The notes below the pieces were generated by a model that ran no database searches, was not told where the DNA came from, and saw only the letters and a list, made by a program, of their open reading frames with translations. The position numbers and the translations under genes were made by a program. From contig JAYENL010000182.1 in assembly GCA_034722055.1 (NCBI GenBank), positions 1 through 31,812 of the forward strand: a stretch of DNA of 31,812 bases, in the 5' to 3' direction. Of the stretch, positions 18,010 through 27,441 are shown one piece after another. The stretch's first letter is position 1. The number at the start of each line of letters is the position of its first letter. This DNA comes from Armatimonadota bacterium. Its GTDB lineage: Bacteria; Armatimonadota; Zipacnadia; Zipacnadales; UBA5352.

Positions 18010-20670
18010 ATGATGATGTGCAGACGGCGCCTGCGGATGCTCGGACGTTCGCTCCTGAGCACTCTCATCCCCCTCATCGCGCTGGCGGCGCTTGCCGCCG
18101 CTGAGCCGACCGGTGATGAGGCCGCGGAGAAAGAGCAACCGGCGCAGCGGCCGGTCCGCGATACGATCCTGCCCGCGGCGGCCGAGATAGAGCACCACGA
18201 GAGCCCTGCGGAGATCCTGGGGCGACTGCCGCGCTTCGGCGCAGACCTCTTCCTCCGGGCGGTGCGGGTGATGGACAGGCCGGACGAGGAGGAGCCGGCG
18301 GCCTCGTCCGCACCCGTGCCGGCCAGCTACGTCCTGGGGCCGGGCGATGCCCTGAGTCTGCAGGTCTTCGCCGGCGAGTGGGAGCAGCTCACGCAGGAGA
18401 TGACGGTCACGCCCGAGGGCTTCATCTTCCCCGAGCAGCTCGGCCGGGTGACCGCCGCTGGACAGACCATCGAGCAGCTCCGCGAGAGCCTGCGGCGATC
18501 CTACGCCAGACTCTTCGCGGAGCCCACCGTGACGCTCACCATCTCCTCCCAGCGCAGCATCGAGGTCTACGCCACCGGAGACGTGGTGCGCCCCGGCCGC
18601 TACCTGCTCTCGGGCATGGCGACGGTGCTGGACGCGCTCTACGCGGCCGGCGGGCCCTCAGAGATCGGGTCATACCGCCGCATCCGCCTCAGCCGGGTCG
18701 GCGCCCAGCCGCGGGAGATCGACCTCTACGACTACCTGCTGACCGGGGAGCGGCAGAGCGATGTGCTGCTCAACCCCGGCGACACCATCTTCGTGCCGCC
18801 CATGGGCCCGGAGGTGGGGCTGGCCGGGGAGGTGCGGCGCCCGGCACGCTATGAGCTGACCGCTGACGCCACGGTGGCCGACGCCATCCAGATGGCCGGG
18901 GGACTGACGCCTCAAGCCCACCGCATCCTGCACCTGTGGCGCACCGATGAGCGCCAGCAGTGGCGGATGCTCACCTGCGACTGCTCCGGCGAGGGCGGCG
19001 GCCTGCAGATGGCGCTGGAGGACGGGGACGTGCTGGTGGCGCGCAGGATCAGGGACTCGGCCGCCAACACGGTCCGGATCCTGGGCGCGGTGAAGCGCCC
19101 CGGCTACTACCCGGTGGACCGCTATCCGACTGTGAGCGCGCTGATCGAGGCCGCCGAGGGGCTGTCGGTGGATGCGCACGTGGGCAGGGGCGTGATCAGC
19201 CGCCTGGACAGCCAGCGCCACTTCGAGATCATCACCTTCGAGGTCGCGAAGGCCCTGGAGGGCGACCCCGAGCACGACCTTGTCCTGCAGGCCAAGGATT
19301 ACGTCACCATCTACGAGCAGGAGGAGGTCGAGCCGCCGGCGGTGGTCGAGATCTCCGGAGCGGTGCAGCATCCGGGCGTCTACCGGTGGGCGGCCAACCT
19401 GCGCGTGAGCCAGCTCGTGATGCGGGCGGGCGGCCTGACCCCGGAGGCTTACACCGGCCGCGCGGACCTGCTGCGCGTGGGGGAGGATCAGAGCTGGCAG
19501 GTCATCCCGGTGAATCTCGCGGCGGCGCTGAAGGGCGATGAGGAGGAGGACATCGTCCTCCAGCGCGGAGATCGGCTGCAGGTGAAGACCCGGGAGGAGG
19601 TCGGCCAGGCCGGCACCGTCCACATCGAGGGGCTGGTGCACAGCCCCGGCGACTATCCCCGCCACGGGGGCATGCGGGTGAGCGATCTCATCTTCGCCGC
19701 CGGCGGCCTCACGCCGGGCGCCGGCCCGCACGTCGAGCTGATCCCCGGGCACTTCGAGGGCGACCCTCAGCCGGTGCGGCTGATGCTCACCGGCGAGGGC
19801 GATGAGTACCAGGTCGAGCCCGACCCCGTCCTCTCAGACGATGACAGCGTGACCGTCACCGGGCGCGGGGAGTTCAAGGCCCAGGCGGACGTGGTCTTCC
19901 TGAAGGGCCGCGTGGAGCAGCCGGGGGCCTACCCCATCGACTCGGAGGCAGGGGAGGAGGAGTACACCGTCTGGGACCTGCTGCAGGACGGCGGCTCGAT
20001 CCTGGCCGACGCCAATGTGCACGGCATCGTGGTCTACCGCCGCCGGGGAGCGGCGCTGGGCGAGGCCCAGGAGGAGGACCTGAACCGCGTGCTGCAGTCC
20101 GTCAACCGCGAGGCCAGGCAGCAGGAGGCCATGCAGGTTGACACCGCCGAGCAGGCGCGGTCCATGCAGCAGGCGGTCGGCTACCGCCTCCAGCAGGTCA
20201 TGACCACGCCCGGCGGCGTGAGCATCGTGCTGCCCCCGCGGCCGGTGCAGGAGGAGGACTGGGTGGCGGCCATTCCCATCGACGGCGAGGCGCTGCTTGA
20301 AAGCCAGGGGCGTGAGGAGAACCTGGCGCTGGAGCCGGGGGACACCATCATGGTGCCGAAGAAGGTCAACACCGTGATGGTGCTGGGCGCGGTGCCCCGC
20401 TCGGGCGCCATCCCCTACGTCGAGGGCGAGCGCCTGGAGTACTACCTCAACGAGTCCGGGAGCCTGCGCGAGGACGCGGCGGGGAGTCGAATGGTGGTGG
20501 TGCACGCCAACGGGGCCGTGGAGCCGATCCGGCGGGCCACGGTGCTGCGGCCCGGCGACGTGGTGGTCGTGCCCACCCGTCACATCGTGCGCAGCGTCCA
20601 GACCGAGAGCGACCTGGACCTGTGGCTGCGCACCATCGTGCCGCTGGCGACCGCCGCACTGGTATTCTGA
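18010..20670 (+). CDS. Polysaccharide export (OPX; Wza/KpsD-like) protein with 7 SLBB repeats
   Basis: Poly_export motif YVLGPGDALSL...VTPEGFIF...GRVTAAGQTIEQL. Seven V-x-x-x-G-x-V-x-x-P-G-like SLBB starts. True start may be 18010-18037. Confidence 0.9.
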   Translation: MMMCRRRLRMLGRSLLSTLIPLIALAALAAAEPTGDEAAEKEQPAQRPVRDTILPAAAEIEHHESPAEILGRLPRFGADLFLRAVRVMDRPDEEEPAASSAPVPASYVLGPGDALSLQVFAGEWEQLTQEMTVTPEGFIFPEQLGRVTAAGQTIEQLRESLRRSYARLFAEPTVTLTISSQRSIEVYATGDVVRPGRYLLSGMATVLDALYAAGGPSEIGSYRRIRLSRVGAQPREIDLYDYLLTGERQSDVLLNPGDTIFVPPMGPEVGLAGEVRRPARYELTADATVADAIQMAGGLTPQAHRILHLWRTDERQQWRMLTCDCSGEGGGLQMALEDGDVLVARRIRDSAANTVRILGAVKRPGYYPVDRYPTVSALIEAAEGLSVDAHVGRGVISRLDSQRHFEIITFEVAKALEGDPEHDLVLQAKDYVTIYEQEEVEPPAVVEISGAVQHPGVYRWAANLRVSQLVMRAGGLTPEAYTGRADLLRVGEDQSWQVIPVNLAAALKGDEEEDIVLQRGDRLQVKTREEVGQAGTVHIEGLVHSPGDYPRHGGMRVSDLIFAAGGLTPGAGPHVELIPGHFEGDPQPVRLMLTGEGDEYQVEPDPVLSDDDSVTVTGRGEFKAQADVVFLKGRVEQPGAYPIDSEAGEEEYTVWDLLQDGGSILADANVHGIVVYRRRGAALGEAQEEDLNRVLQSVNREARQQEAMQVDTAEQARSMQQAVGYRLQQVMTTPGGVSIVLPPRPVQEEDWVAAIPIDGEALLESQGREENLALEPGDTIMVPKKVNTVMVLGAVPRSGAIPYVEGERLEYYLNESGSLREDAAGSRMVVVHANGAVEPIRRATVLRPGDVVVVPTRHIVRSVQTESDLDLWLRTIVPLATAALVF

Positions 20671-20709
20671 CGACCGCTCCGTGTCCGCTGCGGAGGATGC
20701 GACGCGCTC

Positions 20710-22071
20710 ATGAGACTGCTTGAGAGATTCACCTGGTTGCACGTGCTGATCATCAGCCTGATCGGCTCGGCGCTGGTCGGGGCCATCGTGCACTTCACCC
20801 GCCCTGCCGCCTTCACAGCCAGGAGCTCTGTGCTGCTGAATGACCGCCCGGACATCGTGGCCGGTATCGTGGGCGACGCGTCCACACCCGGCTCCGGGCC
20901 CTCACTGGCGCGGCTTCAGGCCATCCTGGTCAGCCGCGCCCTGAGGGAGCGGGTGGCTGAGAAGGTGAAGCTGGCCGAGACCCTCAACGCTCGGAGGGTC
21001 GATGCTGTCGAGATGCTGCTTCACAACACCACGGTGAAGGCCATCGGCGAGGACGGCCTGACGGTGACCGTGACGACCTACGGCTACGCCCGCCCGCGCC
21101 TGGCGGTGCTGGGCACTCCGGTGGGCTTCGAGCGAGCCCGGCAGCTCAGCGCCGAGATCGCCAACACCTACGTCAGCGAGCTGCGGGAGTATCTGCGCGA
21201 CGTCACTCTGCAGCGGGCCACGGGCACCACGCGCTTCCTCCGGACGCGCCTGGACGATCTGCAGCACGAGGTGAGCGAGACCGAGGACCGCCTGCAGACG
21301 CTCCGAGCGCAGTACGAGCTGCTGGATCCAGACAGCGAGGCCAGCAGGCTCGGGGAGCGCATCCGCGCGCTGGAGCAGGCGCGCGCGGACGCGGCGGCGG
21401 AGGCGGACGCCTCCGCCAGCTCCATGGAGGAGGCCCAGAGCCAGCTCGCAGAGGCCGATGCGCGTCGCGTCGCCTCCGCCGTGGAGGCGCGGAACCCGGT
21501 GATCTCCAGGCTGGAGGAGGAGCTGACGCAGCATCGCATCGACCTGGCCGCCGAGCTGGCCCGCGGCAAGACCTGCCAGAACCGCGACGTGGTGCAGATT
21601 CAGAGCGCCATGGACAGCATCGAGGCCCAGCTTGCGAGCCTGGAGGACACCGTGGTGCAGCAGCTCAGCGAGCAGCCCAACCCGCTGCACGACGATGCCG
21701 CGAAGCGGGTGGTGGACCTGCGGGTTCAGCTCGCCGGAGCGCGAGCGAGGAAGGCCGAGACCGAGGCGCTTCTGGAGGCGGCGCGGAGCCAGATGGCGGA
21801 GCTGCCCGCGGTGGCCCGCGAGTACATGCAGATCCAGCGGCAGCGCCAGGTGCAGTCCCAGGAGCTCACATCGGTGGAGCAGGCCCTGTGGAGGGCGGAG
21901 ATGGAGGAGGAGCGGGCGAGGACCGCCGAGCGGTTCTCCGTTCTCGACGAGGCCGTGCCGCCCACCGAACGCGCCGGACCGGCCACCGCCATGAGTACCG
22001 GCATCGCCTTCGTGGCGCTGATGCTGCTACAGGGCCTGTTCATCATCGATCGCCGCTGGTTCGGCGGGTAG
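20710..22071 (+). CDS. Polysaccharide co-polymerase (GumC/Wzz-like), no kinase domain
   Basis: N- and C-terminal TM helices, long coiled coil, AEIANTYV, NPV and FSVLDEAVPP. Adjacent to the OPX gene. Confidence 0.85.
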   Translation: MRLLERFTWLHVLIISLIGSALVGAIVHFTRPAAFTARSSVLLNDRPDIVAGIVGDASTPGSGPSLARLQAILVSRALRERVAEKVKLAETLNARRVDAVEMLLHNTTVKAIGEDGLTVTVTTYGYARPRLAVLGTPVGFERARQLSAEIANTYVSELREYLRDVTLQRATGTTRFLRTRLDDLQHEVSETEDRLQTLRAQYELLDPDSEASRLGERIRALEQARADAAAEADASASSMEEAQSQLAEADARRVASAVEARNPVISRLEEELTQHRIDLAAELARGKTCQNRDVVQIQSAMDSIEAQLASLEDTVVQQLSEQPNPLHDDAAKRVVDLRVQLAGARARKAETEALLEAARSQMAELPAVAREYMQIQRQRQVQSQELTSVEQALWRAEMEEERARTAERFSVLDEAVPPTERAGPATAMSTGIAFVALMLLQGLFIIDRRWFGG

Positions 22072-22131
22072 TCCCCCGTAGTAGAAGTCCGCGCAAGACC
22101 CCATGCCGCAGTAAGACGCTTGCGCCCAGCA

Positions 22132-22210
22132 TGGAGGGGCCGCCGCGAGCGCAGCGAGCGGTGTGAGGTCGCAAGCGGAGCGAGTGACCTCACAGGTTCC
22201 ACCCCGGCCC
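22132..22210 (+). repeat. Branched REP-like element E
   Basis: 79 nt, differing from copy C at 4 positions. A degenerate inverted foot lies at ~22247-22258. Confidence 0.9.
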
Positions 22211-22469
22211 AGGACAGGGAACATCACTGAGCTGGCGTGCAACCGTCGGCCCCTCCACCAGAATGCTCCACACCACAACCATGCCCGACTGGCCTTCTCA
22301 TCAACTCCCGAGGACCTCTGCAAGTAAGCACTGACAACCGGAGGCGGCGCGGGGAGGCCCCCGCTCCGGACGGCGGCAAAGGCTCACGGACCGGCGGAAT
22401 CGCACGTTGCTACCCCACGCACGCGTCTGTGTTATCCCCTCAGCCGTCGGCGCACCCCGTCAGCTCCGC

Positions 22470-22847
22470 CTACCCGCTCTTGATGTCGATGACGGGCGAG
22501 CCATCAAAGGCGTCCAGACCCTCCACGGTGAGGCGCAGACCCTCGCGCGAGATCAGCCGTACGCGCGTCATGCCGATGGGGTTGGGGCGCATCGGAGAGT
22601 GCGCCGCGAAGACCCCGTGCAGCGGGATGTCGCGATTCCCCCTCGGATGCACCTGCACGATCTCGCGATCCTCCGGCTTGAGCCCGTGCATCCAGTACAG
22701 CACCCAGAGGTGCTGCTTCGTCTCAACGCGAAGCAGGCACTCCTCGTGCTCGGGACGGACCTCAATGACCTGAGGGAGCGGATTGCCCTCCGCATCCTGC
22801 GGCGGTCCCCTCACGATTCCGACGGGCTCGATCTCAAGCGGCAACAT
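22470..22847 (-). CDS. trmO: TrmO/TsaA-like SAM-binding protein, short single-domain form
   Basis: IEPVGIV, LWVLYWMH, GVFAAHSPMRPNPIG and GLDAFDGSPVIDIK. Confidence 0.85.
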   Translation of the reverse strand: MLPLEIEPVGIVRGPPQDAEGNPLPQVIEVRPEHEECLLRVETKQHLWVLYWMHGLKPEDREIVQVHPRGNRDIPLHGVFAAHSPMRPNPIGMTRVRLISREGLRLTVEGLDAFDGSPVIDIKSG

Positions 22848-22908
22848 GCTATGCCGTCCTGTGCGAACGACGGATTAAACCTAGCGCGCGACTCCCCCAC
22901 CGAGGCTG

Positions 22909-23158
22909 GTAGCTCGTAGCCCGCACTCGTTGCCCCCATGGGGCGCCCGCCTCCCATGGTACGCACAACGGCAGGCCGGACGGTGGTCCGGCCCCTCCAT
23001 ACGGCACACGGCAACGGCGGATACGCGGTGCGCGCCCCGGCATCTGTGCCGTCCGGAGCGGCGGCGTGCCTACGCCGCCGGCTATTGCCATTCGCCCCCC
23101 GCGCCGGCCACGCTCCCACCAACGACAGCGCGGGCTCGGCAGCCCGCCGCCCGTCCGG
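22909..23158. repeat. BIME-like REP mosaic
   Basis: TGGAG-GGGCCGGAC-CACC-GTCCGGCCT (22973-22999 -), CGGAG-CGGCGGCGT-GCCT-ACGCCGCCG (23054-23080 +), GCGGGCT-GCCG-AGCCC(GC) (~23129-23150 -) and TGGGAG feet. Same types as at 5.25-5.71 kb. Confidence 0.8.
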
Positions 23159-23173
23159 TCGCCCCGCCGCCGC

Positions 23174-24451
23174 TCAGTCGTAAAGCTGCGGCCGGCGCTC
23201 GGCCCAGGTCGAGTCCCGGAAGGTGGAGCCGCGGAAGGTGCGCAGCTCCTCCGAGATGTCGCACTCGGCCACAATCACGCGCTGGCGACCGTCGTTGTAG
23301 GCCAGGATGTCGCCGCTGGGCGAGATGATCGCCGACCCCTCCGCGCGGTTGCGGGCGATGACCATCCAGATGTGATTCTCGATGGCCCGGGCGCGCATGA
23401 TGACCTTCCAGCGATCCGGCGAGAAGCTCCCCGGAGCCCACTGCCACTGCACCGCGCGGTGATCGCCCATGATCGACAGCAGCATGACCTCAACGCCGCG
23501 AAGCGCCGGCACGCGCGTGGAGTCCAGCAGCGAGGAGTCCTTGCAGATGGTGCAGCCGACCCTCCCGATGGGCGTCTCGATGACCGGCAGCTCGTCGCCG
23601 GGGGTGACCCCGTCCCAGCCCTCGGTGATGGCCAGGTGGGTCTTGCGATAGGTCCCGATGATGTCGCCCTCAGGCCCGAAGATCACCATGGTGTTGAACA
23701 GCAGGTCGCCGTCGGCCTCCAGCATCGAGAAGGCGATCATCATACGATGCTCGTCGGCGATCTCGGCGAAGGCGTCCGTTTCCGGCCCCGGGATCTTTCG
23801 GGCCTTCTCAGCCTGCTCCCCGGGGACGCCCCAGGAGAGGATGACCTCGGGCATCAGCAGCAGGTCGGGCCTGAGTTCCGCGGCCTCTCGCGCCAGGTCG
23901 GTGAACAGCGCCACGTTGTCCTCCACGCTCTCCGGGTCCTGGGGCTGGGCGGAGGCCGCAGCGATGCGGTGGACGCGCCGGGCCGGGGCCTGGGCCGGCT
24001 CGACGGCGGGCGCCCAGAACTCCGCGCGGCCAGTGGCGGTCCAGCGCACGCCGAAGCGCAGCACGGCCCGCGTGGCATCATCGGGGCAGCGGAAGACGCG
24101 CTCGGCGCGGCCCTCCGGCGGCGGCTTGTGGATGAGCAGGTAGTCGTAGTCCACCCGCTCGTCCTCATCATCCACCCAGAACACGAAGATGGGCATGCCG
24201 TCCAGGACGCTGGCCATGCCCTCGGCACGGTAGCTGAGGCCCACGCGGTAGTGCTGACCGGCTTCGGCGGGAAAGACCACGTCCCAGCCCCCGAAGCAGC
24301 CGGGGCTGCCGGAGCTAGCGGCGACGAGCCGGTCCCCCTCGCGCGAGCACTCCGCCGCCAGGCCCTCCCGTGCGGCCCAGGTCCTCAGCGCCACCGGCTC
24401 CATGTCGCCGCCAGCCTCGATGTCCGCATCATACGTGTCAATGACGATCAT
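23174..24451 (-). CDS. Carbon-nitrogen hydrolase (nitrilase superfamily) with an extra N-terminal domain
   Basis: AGGAG RBS, ATG 24451. Triad LLMPE, YRKTHL and TICKD, plus RARAIEN. Confidence 0.9.
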   Translation of the reverse strand: MIVIDTYDADIEAGGDMEPVALRTWAAREGLAAECSREGDRLVAASSGSPGCFGGWDVVFPAEAGQHYRVGLSYRAEGMASVLDGMPIFVFWVDDEDERVDYDYLLIHKPPPEGRAERVFRCPDDATRAVLRFGVRWTATGRAEFWAPAVEPAQAPARRVHRIAAASAQPQDPESVEDNVALFTDLAREAAELRPDLLLMPEVILSWGVPGEQAEKARKIPGPETDAFAEIADEHRMMIAFSMLEADGDLLFNTMVIFGPEGDIIGTYRKTHLAITEGWDGVTPGDELPVIETPIGRVGCTICKDSSLLDSTRVPALRGVEVMLLSIMGDHRAVQWQWAPGSFSPDRWKVIMRARAIENHIWMVIARNRAEGSAIISPSGDILAYNDGRQRVIVAECDISEELRTFRGSTFRDSTWAERRPQLYD

Positions 24452-24693
24452 GGCGATCTCTCCTCTGCGATGTGAACAGCCGTCGCAGCCACTGCGCCAG
24501 AAGGGGGAGGTGCTCCAGGGAGCGCGGTGTGCGCGCGGCATCGGGCGTGGCGCTCACTCCTGGCGATGACGGTGGCGGCCTCGGTCGCAGGGCAGTGTTC
24601 CCTGCCCCGTCGCCCGGACCTCCGTGTCGGCAGGTTCGCGGCCGAGGTCGGCGAAGGTAGCGTCACACCCAGCTCTCGAGTCAGGAGATGCGC

Positions 24694-26196
24694 ATGGAGA
24701 GGACTGCCCGGCGGCGAAGGGTCCGCATCGAGCACCTGGTCTGGGCCGTGATGCTCTACTGCGGCGTGGTGGCGGCCATGTGGCCGAAGCGGACCTACGA
24801 CATCTGGTGGCACCTGGCCACGGGCAAGTACATCGTGCAGACCCGCACCATCCCCGACGAGGACCCCTTCACCTACACCCGCACCGGCAGGCCCTGGATC
24901 ACGCATGAGTGGGGCTGGGAGGTGCCCATGTACCTGCTGTATGCGCGCTGGGGCCACGCCGGGCTGATGGCGCTGCGGGCGATGGTGGCGCTGGTGGCGA
25001 GCGGGCTGCTGGCGTGGCTGCTGCTGCGGCGGGGTGCGGCTCCGCTGGCGGCGATGGCCGCGGGCGCGCTGGCCATCTTCGCCGCCAGGCCGCTGCTCAA
25101 TGACCGCCCGCAGATGGCGACCACAGCACTGTTCGTCGCCATGCTGTGCGTGATCGAGCACTCGCGGCAGGGCCGGCATCGCTGGCTGCTGGCGGCCCCG
25201 CTGCTGATGATCCCCTGGGTCAACCTGCACGGCGGGTTCATCTTCGGACCCGCCCTTCTGGTCCTCTACGCGCTCTGCACGCTGCCGCAGTGGTATCGCC
25301 AGAGGCGGGAAGGGCGGCCTCTGCAGCCCGCTCCCGCCCTGCTGATCGGCGTCATCGTGGCCTCCCTGCCGGCCTGCCTGGTGAACCCCCACGGCGTGGC
25401 CGGGGCCGCCTATCCGCTGCAGTACGTCATCGGCGGGCACGCCTGGCACAAGACCATCATCACCGAGTACGAGTCCCCGGACTTCTCGGAGCCGATCTTC
25501 CTCTTCCTGGGGCTGCTGATCGTGGCGGCGGCGGTGGCCTTCGCTGCCTCCCGGCGGCGGGCCGGGCTCTGGGACGTGGCGCTGGTTGGGGTCTTCCTGT
25601 TTCTGACCCTCAAGTGGCAGCGCAACACGGCGCTGTTCGCATTCGCAGTTGCGCCTGTCGTGGCCCTGCAGCTCTCCGAGCTGCTGGAGTGGCGGGGGCT
25701 GGCGGAGCTGGGCAGGGGCGAGAGCCAGCAGCCGCCGGCGGGGCTCTACGTTGCCATCATGGCGATTCTGTCGATTCTGGCGATTGCGGCCGCGCCCAAT
25801 GCGCTCAGCCGCGTGGAGAGGGCCTTCGCCGCGGACATGCCCGGGGAGTGCGTGGATCACATCCAGCGCACCGGCCTGCAGGGTCGCATGTTCAACACCT
25901 ACCGCTGGGGAGGCTACCTCATCTGGCGCCTGTGGCCGCAGCAGCGCGTGTTCGTGGACGGGCGCGCGGACGTCATGGGGCAGGAGCTGATTGAGGACTA
26001 CTGCACCGCGGTCAAGCTCCGGGAGGGCTGGCGGGACGTGGTGGAGGCCTACGATTTTGACTGGGCGCTGCTGGCAGCGGACTCGCCGCTGTGCCGGGGA
26101 CTGGAGCTGCTGCCGGAGTGGAGCCTGGAGTGTGAGAGCGAGACCTCCAGGCTCTATGTGAGGTCGAGCGCGCCAGAGACGCCCACTGAGCAGTGA
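24694..26196 (+). CDS. Polytopic membrane protein, putative GT-C-fold glycosyltransferase
   Basis: AGGAG-N6-ATG. DIWWHLATG, DPF, HEW, RPQ, WVNLHGGF, WGGYL and FVDGRAD, with about 11-12 hydrophobic segments. Confidence 0.7.
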   Translation: MERTARRRRVRIEHLVWAVMLYCGVVAAMWPKRTYDIWWHLATGKYIVQTRTIPDEDPFTYTRTGRPWITHEWGWEVPMYLLYARWGHAGLMALRAMVALVASGLLAWLLLRRGAAPLAAMAAGALAIFAARPLLNDRPQMATTALFVAMLCVIEHSRQGRHRWLLAAPLLMIPWVNLHGGFIFGPALLVLYALCTLPQWYRQRREGRPLQPAPALLIGVIVASLPACLVNPHGVAGAAYPLQYVIGGHAWHKTIITEYESPDFSEPIFLFLGLLIVAAAVAFAASRRRAGLWDVALVGVFLFLTLKWQRNTALFAFAVAPVVALQLSELLEWRGLAELGRGESQQPPAGLYVAIMAILSILAIAAAPNALSRVERAFAADMPGECVDHIQRTGLQGRMFNTYRWGGYLIWRLWPQQRVFVDGRADVMGQELIEDYCTAVKLREGWRDVVEAYDFDWALLAADSPLCRGLELLPEWSLECESETSRLYVRSSAPETPTEQ

Positions 26197-26223
26197 CCGG
26201 GCGCGCGGACTGGGGGATGCGGC

Positions 26224-27414
26224 GTGCTTCTTCCCATCCCGATAGGCACTGAGCGCCGTCTTCAGCGGAGGGCCTGGGTCACGTGGGGCCTCATCGCGAC
26301 GAACTGCTTCGTGTACTTCTTCCTGCAGGGCGGGCCGGAGGGGTCCAACTTCCCCCTCGTCTTCCAGCGCCTGCAGTGGTGGATGCCGGTCACGCACATG
26401 TTCGCCCACGGCGGTCTGCTGCACCTGCTGGGCAACATGCTGGTGCTGTGGGTCTTCGGCCCGCACGCCGAGGATGCGCTGGGGCGGGGGAAGTTCCTGG
26501 TGCTCTACTTCAGCGCGGGCTTCGCCTCGGCCGCACTTCACCTCCTGGCCTCCGCTGTGCTCTATCCGGAGAACCTGGCCATCGGCATGCTGGGCGCGTC
26601 CGGGGCCGTCATGGGCGTGGTGGCGCTGTTCGTGCTGCGCTTTCACGGGGTGCGGGTGCGCTTCTTCTTCTGGTGGATTCTCCCCTACATCTTCCACGTC
26701 CGGGCCCTGTGGATGGGCATCGCCTATCTGGCATGGGACCTGGGCTGGGCGCTGCTCGAGATCGGATCGGCGGGCGGGGCGGGAGTGGCGCACTGGGCGC
26801 ACGCGGGCGGCTTCCTGGCCGGCGCCGTCTGGGCCTGGGCTCTACGGCTGCCCGAGGAGGGCACCCACGAGATCAAGCATGACGAGGTGCGCGGGCACAT
26901 CGCCGCCGGCGCCTGGCGGGCGGCGGCGAAGCTGCTGGAGGAGCGCATCGAGGCCCGCCCCGGAGACGCCTCGCTGCACGCCGAGGCGGCCGCCTGCTAC
27001 GAGATGCTGCGCGACGAGCGGGACCAGGCGGCGGCGCACTGGAACCAGCACCTGAGGCTCCTGCTGCTACACGGGCACACCGAGGAGGCCCTGAAGCGCT
27101 TCCAGTTGCTGACGGAGAACTTCCGCCCGGGGGACTTCGACCCGGCGGTGCTCATGAGGCTGGGCGCGGCGGCGGAGGGCCTGGGCGAGGACGAGCCGGC
27201 GGTGGCGGCGTGGATGGCGGCGGCGCAGGCCCACCCCGACAGCCCTCAGGCGGCGCCGGCGGCCCTGCGCGCCGCCCGCGTCTTCGTCCGCCATGACAGC
27301 CCCAAGCGCGCCGCCGCCGTCCTGGAGCTGATACAGCGGCGCTGGCCCAGCAGCCAGGAGGCGCTCACCGCGACGAGTCTCCTCCGCGAGGTCTCGCACG
27401 GGCTGGAGCCCTGA
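26224..27414 (+). CDS. Rhomboid intramembrane serine protease with a C-terminal TPR-like domain
   Basis: HMFAHGGLLHLLGNM, GASG (catalytic Ser), AHWAHAGG (catalytic His) and a helical Ala-rich C-terminus. Confidence 0.92.
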   Translation: MLLPIPIGTERRLQRRAWVTWGLIATNCFVYFFLQGGPEGSNFPLVFQRLQWWMPVTHMFAHGGLLHLLGNMLVLWVFGPHAEDALGRGKFLVLYFSAGFASAALHLLASAVLYPENLAIGMLGASGAVMGVVALFVLRFHGVRVRFFFWWILPYIFHVRALWMGIAYLAWDLGWALLEIGSAGGAGVAHWAHAGGFLAGAVWAWALRLPEEGTHEIKHDEVRGHIAAGAWRAAAKLLEERIEARPGDASLHAEAAACYEMLRDERDQAAAHWNQHLRLLLLHGHTEEALKRFQLLTENFRPGDFDPAVLMRLGAAAEGLGEDEPAVAAWMAAAQAHPDSPQAAPAALRAARVFVRHDSPKRAAAVLELIQRRWPSSQEALTATSLLREVSHGLEP

Positions 27415-27441
27415 GCCCTCCAGAAACCGCGGCGTGCTGGA

